From positions 1 through 42,342 of the forward strand of contig JACPBN010000007.1 in assembly GCA_016180275.1 (NCBI GenBank): a DNA stretch of 42,342 nucleotides. The letters run 5' to 3'. Below the pieces are notes generated by a model, which saw only the letters and a program-made list of their open reading frames with translations, was not told the origin of the DNA and ran no database searches. This DNA comes from Candidatus Woesearchaeota archaeon (lineage in GTDB: Archaea; Nanobdellota; Nanobdellia; Woesearchaeales; UBA10200). The translations under genes and the position numbers were made by a program. Shown here piece by piece: positions 37,826 through 42,342 of this stretch (positions are counted from its first letter, which is position 1; the number at the start of each line of letters is the position of its first letter).

Positions 37826-37860
37826 TGTTACACGTAACATCTTTTCTATTATATGTAACA
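37826..37860. repeat. Left direct repeat: two 14-bp TGTTA-n4-TAACA palindromes
   Basis: TGTTACACGTAACA-TCTTTTC-TATTATATGTAACA. Confidence 0.7.
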
Positions 37861-37865
37861 GATAA

Positions 37866-38507
37866 TTATTTGCACCAAATCTCCTTAACAGTATAAGGTA
37901 TTTTAAACTCCTTAAGAATATCCAACACTTTTTTTAAATTATTCACTCTTACCTTTATTTGATTTACAGTTACCTTAACAGCACCAAGCTCTTCAGCCAT
38001 TCCTTTTTGCACATAGATCATTTTTCCCTTTTTATTTTTGTATCCATACATCTTCCTCAAAAAATTCATTTTTTTATTCTGCATTATCTTATTGAGTGAA
38101 TATGACACTAATGCATCATGCTGCAAATCAGAAGGATTTTTTTCATATTTTCCATATATTACAATGCCCGTGCTTATAATTTCACTATGCAACTCTTCCC
38201 ACTCAGGCTCATTTAATCTGCCAATAATTGGCTTTATAGGGAAATATTTTTTTTTAAGCCCCCATGTCTTTTCTGATTTTATATCAAAATTGCTAATAAC
38301 TTCTTTAACTGCTTTCTCAAATGTATTCTTATGGCTAAGATTCTTAATTTCTATAAACAAATCAATGTCGCTTTTATCATCAAAATCTCCTCTAGCCATA
38401 GAGCCGAATAATATTATCATGTCTAAATTACTTATAACTTCTTTTCTTTCTAAAAGCATCGATATAAAGTCATATAAGTATGCGAATATAATATTCTGCG
38501 AATTCAT
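37866..38507 (-). CDS. Minimal nucleotidyltransferase (MNT) domain protein with C-terminal extra domain
   Basis: ILFGSMARGDFDDKSDIDLFI. Confidence 0.88.
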   Translation of the reverse strand: MNSQNIIFAYLYDFISMLLERKEVISNLDMIILFGSMARGDFDDKSDIDLFIEIKNLSHKNTFEKAVKEVISNFDIKSEKTWGLKKKYFPIKPIIGRLNEPEWEELHSEIISTGIVIYGKYEKNPSDLQHDALVSYSLNKIMQNKKMNFLRKMYGYKNKKGKMIYVQKGMAEELGAVKVTVNQIKVRVNNLKKVLDILKEFKIPYTVKEIWCK

Positions 38508-38908
38508 AATTCCTCACCTAGTAATTCTTCCAATATCTTTTTGAGCTCAAATAGATTTTTGACAGCACCATTAATAAGGGTTTCATCTTTTTGTTTGCCA
38601 TAGCATAATCTTTCACGGAAAGTCTCTTGCTTAATCAAAAGATCAACAATTAATTCCTTTTTATCAAAACTTTCCTTAAATACATCATTAGCTCTTTTTA
38701 GAGAAGCAAAAAACTTATGGTTGACATTAAAGCCCGGGGTTATTAATTCTTTTTTATGAAGAAAGGCTGCAAAGAGGTTGGTTGAAGCTTCAGATGCTGA
38801 AAATCCTATTATCTTCTGCCTTTTTACCAGCAAATTAGCCCTTATCTTCTCATTAATATCCTCTATGAATTCATGCGCAGCTTTTATATGCTCTTCTGTT
38901 GAAGTCAT
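38504..38908 (-). CDS. HEPN-like partner of the MNT
   Basis: All-helical 134 aa, RERLCYG at the HEPN Rx4-6H position, ATGA overlap with the MNT gene. Confidence 0.6.
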   Translation of the reverse strand: MTSTEEHIKAAHEFIEDINEKIRANLLVKRQKIIGFSASEASTNLFAAFLHKKELITPGFNVNHKFFASLKRANDVFKESFDKKELIVDLLIKQETFRERLCYGKQKDETLINGAVKNLFELKKILEELLGEEL

Positions 38909-38944
38909 AAGCTAACTATACTAGTTAGGATATATAAATTTTTC

Positions 38945-38979
38945 TGTTATTTGTAACATCTTTTCTGTTATTTGTAACA
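38945..38979. repeat. Right direct repeat: two 14-bp TGTTA-n4-TAACA palindromes
   Basis: TGTTATTTGTAACA-TCTTTTC-TGTTATTTGTAACA. Confidence 0.7.
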
Positions 38980-39001
38980 TACGAGCTAGAATTAAAGAAA
39001 G

Positions 39002-39209
39002 TGGGGACACTGGGAATTCCTTAAGCAAAGGTTTCCCTTAGGCTTATTTTGAATTTCTGAAGTGATAGTTATTCGCTAACACTCGCCCAGATCCGGGGCT
39101 TTCTTCATGGAAATATTATATCATCGGCTTTCGCCTCATATCTCCAGTTACTGGAGGCCCCTACTCTAGTGTCTTTGAGACATTTCTAGCCAGATTAAAA
39201 TATGTCCCC
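39002..39209 (-). tRNA. tRNA-Trp(CCA) interrupted by four BHB introns
   Basis: Removing 39164-39183, 39101-39150, 39054-39085 and 39016-39047 gives a 74-nt cloverleaf: GGGGACA/TGTCCCC, GGGGC-CTCCAGA-GCCCC, CTGGG-TTCAAAT-CCCAG. Confidence 0.85.
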
Positions 39210-39249
39210 ACTATATCCAGAAAAAGCCTGCGGTTATATAAAAATATTC

Positions 39250-40617
39250 CTACTTCTTCCCGTCAACGTAATACTCTACCAGCTGCTTAACTGCTCTTAC
39301 TGCGCTTTCTGGGAAAGTAAAGCAAGGCACTCCGTTCTCTTCCAAAGATTTGCGCAAGGTCATCGTAAATTCGCCACCTGTAGAAACACATACAATTGGC
39401 TTCTTTCTCAGCTCGTCAAATTCAGAAATGATATCAACAATGTCTGGAGTGATCAAAGGCGTCTGCATCAGAACAAGCACGATTATGATATCTACATTAC
39501 TGTCATTCAAAGCTGCGTCAATCGCCAATCTGTATCTCTCAGTTGTCGCATCTCCTACTAAATCCATTGGGTTGCTGACAACAACTATAGGCGGAAATAC
39601 TTTGCGCAATTCTTTTTTCTTTTTCTCATCCATCTGCGCAAGAGCTAGATTATTATTAACTATAGCGTCTGTTGTAATTATGCCATAGCCTCCGCCGTTA
39701 GTGATTATCTGGACTCTATTTCCTTCTGGCTCAACAGCTTTTTCCAATATTCTTGCTGCATTAAACATTTCTTCCAAAGAAGCAGCGTGGATTATGCCAA
39801 CCTGTCTGAACATCCCAGAGTAAATTGCTGCATTGCCTGCTAAGCTGCCTGTATGGCTCAAAGTAGCCTTGCTGCCTGCCTCTGTTATGCCGCCTTTAAT
39901 TGCAATTACTGGCTTTTTTTTTGTGACATGCTTAGCTACTTCTATGAATTTCTTGCCACGATTTATTCCTTCAACATATAAACAGACAACTTTTGTTTCT
40001 TCATCATTGCCTAAATATTCTAAAATATCTGCTTCATCAAGATTCAGTGCATTTCCATAGCTGATGACTTTTGCAAAACCATAGCCTTCGGTTGTTGCCA
40101 GGTCTAAAATAGTGGAAGCGATTGCACCTGACTGACATGCAAAGCTTATGCTGCCTGGCTTTGGGCGTTTCATGCGATAACGTGGCAGGAATAATGTATC
40201 TAATTTAGTGTAAGTATCTAATGTTCCCAAACAATTTGGGCCGATGATTTTTATTTTGTATTTGTCTAGCAATTTTACTAGTTTTTCTTCTAACTTAAAA
40301 TTACCAATTTCTCTAAAGCCAGCTGTTATCATCACTACGTCTTTAATTCCTTTCTTGCCGCAATGCTCTATTGCTTGCAAAGAAATCTCTGCAGGAACAC
40401 AGCAAACAGCCAATTCAACAGGCTCTTTAATATCAAGAACTGATTTATAGCTGCGGTAATTCAGAACCCTGTCTGCATTAGGATTTACAATATAGATTTT
40501 GCCAGGATAATGCCCGTCAAGAAGATTTCTAAAGACAACATGGCCTATCTTATTAGGATTCTTGCTTACTCCTATGATTGCAATGCTTTTTGCCTTGAAA
40601 AACTTGGTTAAATCCAC
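39250..40617 (-). CDS. acdA: Acetate-CoA ligase (ADP-forming) alpha subunit
   Basis: SIAIIGVS, ITAGFRE, IGPNCLG, QSGAI, SHTGSLAG, TNGGG.G, NPMDL.GDA. Confidence 0.92.
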   Translation of the reverse strand: MDLTKFFKAKSIAIIGVSKNPNKIGHVVFRNLLDGHYPGKIYIVNPNADRVLNYRSYKSVLDIKEPVELAVCCVPAEISLQAIEHCGKKGIKDVVMITAGFREIGNFKLEEKLVKLLDKYKIKIIGPNCLGTLDTYTKLDTLFLPRYRMKRPKPGSISFACQSGAIASTILDLATTEGYGFAKVISYGNALNLDEADILEYLGNDEETKVVCLYVEGINRGKKFIEVAKHVTKKKPVIAIKGGITEAGSKATLSHTGSLAGNAAIYSGMFRQVGIIHAASLEEMFNAARILEKAVEPEGNRVQIITNGGGYGIITTDAIVNNNLALAQMDEKKKKELRKVFPPIVVVSNPMDLVGDATTERYRLAIDAALNDSNVDIIIVLVLMQTPLITPDIVDIISEFDELRKKPIVCVSTGGEFTMTLRKSLEENGVPCFTFPESAVRAVKQLVEYYVDGKK

Positions 40618-40902
40618 AGATAACCTCTTTTCTTACTGCTTAAAGTTGTTTTATACTCCACCGCAATTATTTTTCTGAATTTTCTGCGGTTTAATAACAC
40701 GCAACCATAATGCTAAGTCCGAAATTTTGCCTGCTGTTGCGTATATTAGATATTTTGTATGTATTTGAGTGAGATAGTATATACCAGTATATTCACATAT
40801 CTCTCTTAATAAAAATTAAGATAGGCTATTATATAAATATTATGGAAGAGAAAAAATCCTAAAACATACTATTATTTATATTACCAATACTTAACTTTTT
40901 TA

Positions 40903-41520
40903 ATGCAATTAAAAAAAGGCATCTACGCAGAGCATGAAGCAGAGCAGTTTCTAGCAAAAAGCTTGCCTGTTGCAGCTTCTTTATTGACAAAAAAGCATGA
41001 GCAAGCTACCGAGTTTATTAAAAAACAAAAGCTTTCTTATCCTGTTGTACTAAAGCTGATTTCTAAACAAGCATTGCATAAGACAGACATCGGCGGAGTG
41101 AAGATTGCAAAAAGTGAGCAGGAGCTTAATGATCATTACAATGAATTACTTGCTGTTTCTAAAAAGAAAAAACTTAAGATTGCAGGAAAGACAGAAGGAA
41201 TATCAGTCCAGGAATTTATTGAAGGCAAGCAATTGCTTGTTGGCATAAAGAAAGATGCAACATTTGGCCATGTCATAGCCTTTGGGTTTGGAGGCATTCT
41301 AGTTGAAGTGATGAAAGATGTTTCTTTCAGAGTCTGCCCAATCGAAGATCATGATGCACAGCAGATGATTGATGAGCTGAAATTGTCTAAGATTCTTTAT
41401 GGTGTAAGAGGAGATAAGCCAGTTGCATTTAAAGAGCTCAAAAATATCTTGATCAAAGCATCTAAGATTGCAGAGAAGAATCCTGAGATCTCTGAGCTGG
41501 ACATTAATCCGCTGATTATC
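40903..41520 (+). CDS. acdB: Acetate-CoA ligase (ADP-forming) beta subunit (ATP-grasp); native C-terminus missing
   Basis: YPVVLKL.S....HKTDIGGV, D.TFG.VI.FGFGGILVE..KDVSFR, ISELDINPLI; expected VDAR tail absent. Confidence 0.85.
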
Positions 41521-42342
41521 AACTCCGGCTTGGATAGAAAAAATGCCAGTATCGGTATACGAGCTAGCTTCGGCATGAATGGAATAACATAAGCCTTGGC
41601 GTTCACGCACTCGAATAAATAACCGAGAGCTCATATTACCGCCTAAAATAATTGCCAGCACTTGGGCGGCCGGTAACCACGGGTGATGATACGGATACGC
41701 CACCAAACCTAAACCGAGCTGGGTTTGCTGGGTATCTTTGTGACGATACACGATGGTTGACTGACGCTGCGATTGACTAAATGGCTTCGGACGCAAACGC
41801 CGGTGCGGTTGTGTATAATTACCAAAATAACGCCGCGCCAACGCCAGTGTATTATGTGGCACATTACCAGCGATCACAAGCTGCATGGTACTAGGCCGAT
41901 AATGCTGCTGCATAAATCGAAAAAAGGCCTGGCGAGGTAAATGAGTAATATTGGGTTTTGGTCCGGCAATATCGTATCCCAGTGGATGGTGTTCGCCAAA
42001 TACTCCCATTTCTAAAACCGTATCCAAGTGCATCAGAGGATTATCTTGATACATGTTAATTTCCTCTACAATCACTCCCCGTTCGCGTTCAATTTCTTTA
42101 GGGTCAAACACTGAATGAAATAACATGTCCGATAATAAATCGAGAGCCAGTTCAGTATGTTGGTTAGCTAACTTAATATAATACAAAGTATGGTCTTTAG
42201 CAGTATAGGCATTGTATTCGGCTCCCACGCTATCAAGCGCCTTGGAAATATCCAGAGTGGTGGGACGCCGGGTAGTACCCTTAAACATCAAGTGTTCTAA
42301 AAAATGGGAAATGCCATTATTGACTTTGGTTTCATAGCGTGA
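41510..42342 (-). CDS. M16 family zinc peptidase (pitrilysin-like), partial, bacterial-type
   Basis: GISHFLEHLMFKGT (HxxEH), YNAYT, ERERGVIVEEI, GGNMSSRLF..VRE..GLCY; runs off the window end; visibly higher GC. Confidence 0.9.

Noticed and set aside
40660-40750. Weak inverted repeats between acdA and acdB (ACGCAAC/GTTGCGT)
   Set aside because: Short, single occurrence, and no similarity to the repeat family
41299-41505. C-terminal ~70 aa of the 330-aa M16 ORF
   Set aside because: This is antisense read-through into acdB beyond the junction, not peptidase sequence

Overview
AT-rich archaeal chromosome segment, most consistent with a DPANN lineage such as Woesearchaeota (inferred from BHB-type tRNA introns, TATA boxes, GGTGA/GGAGGT ribosome-binding sites and gene content). 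Left end (1-3021): a RelE-like toxin with a convergent unannotated antitoxin, an integrase-like mini-ORF, one intact and two partial tRNA-Leu copies in tandem, a tyrosine recombinase and an IS200/IS605 tnpA remnant. Core genes include an EamA pair, secD, secF, pyrG, an FKBP PPIase, an RsmC-like methyltransferase, a MacB/LolD-type ABC operon and ADP-forming acetyl-CoA synthetase subunits. A six-gene Hyf/Ehr-type membrane complex has lost both the NiFe ligands and the canonical Fe-S cysteines. tRNA-Thr(CGT) and a tRNA-Trp(CCA) split by four BHB introns bracket a small island containing an MNT-HEPN module flanked by direct repeats. The most striking unexplained signal is a dispersed family of ~190-260 nt nested-palindrome elements (three close copies, one divergent). 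They show covarying stems, invariant internal motifs and variable segments of near-fixed length, and two copies have terminal inverted repeats with 8-bp target-site duplications. The last ~830 nt (M16 peptidase, higher GC) truncate acdB and look like a chimeric junction. All product calls come from motif recognition by eye, not database searches.
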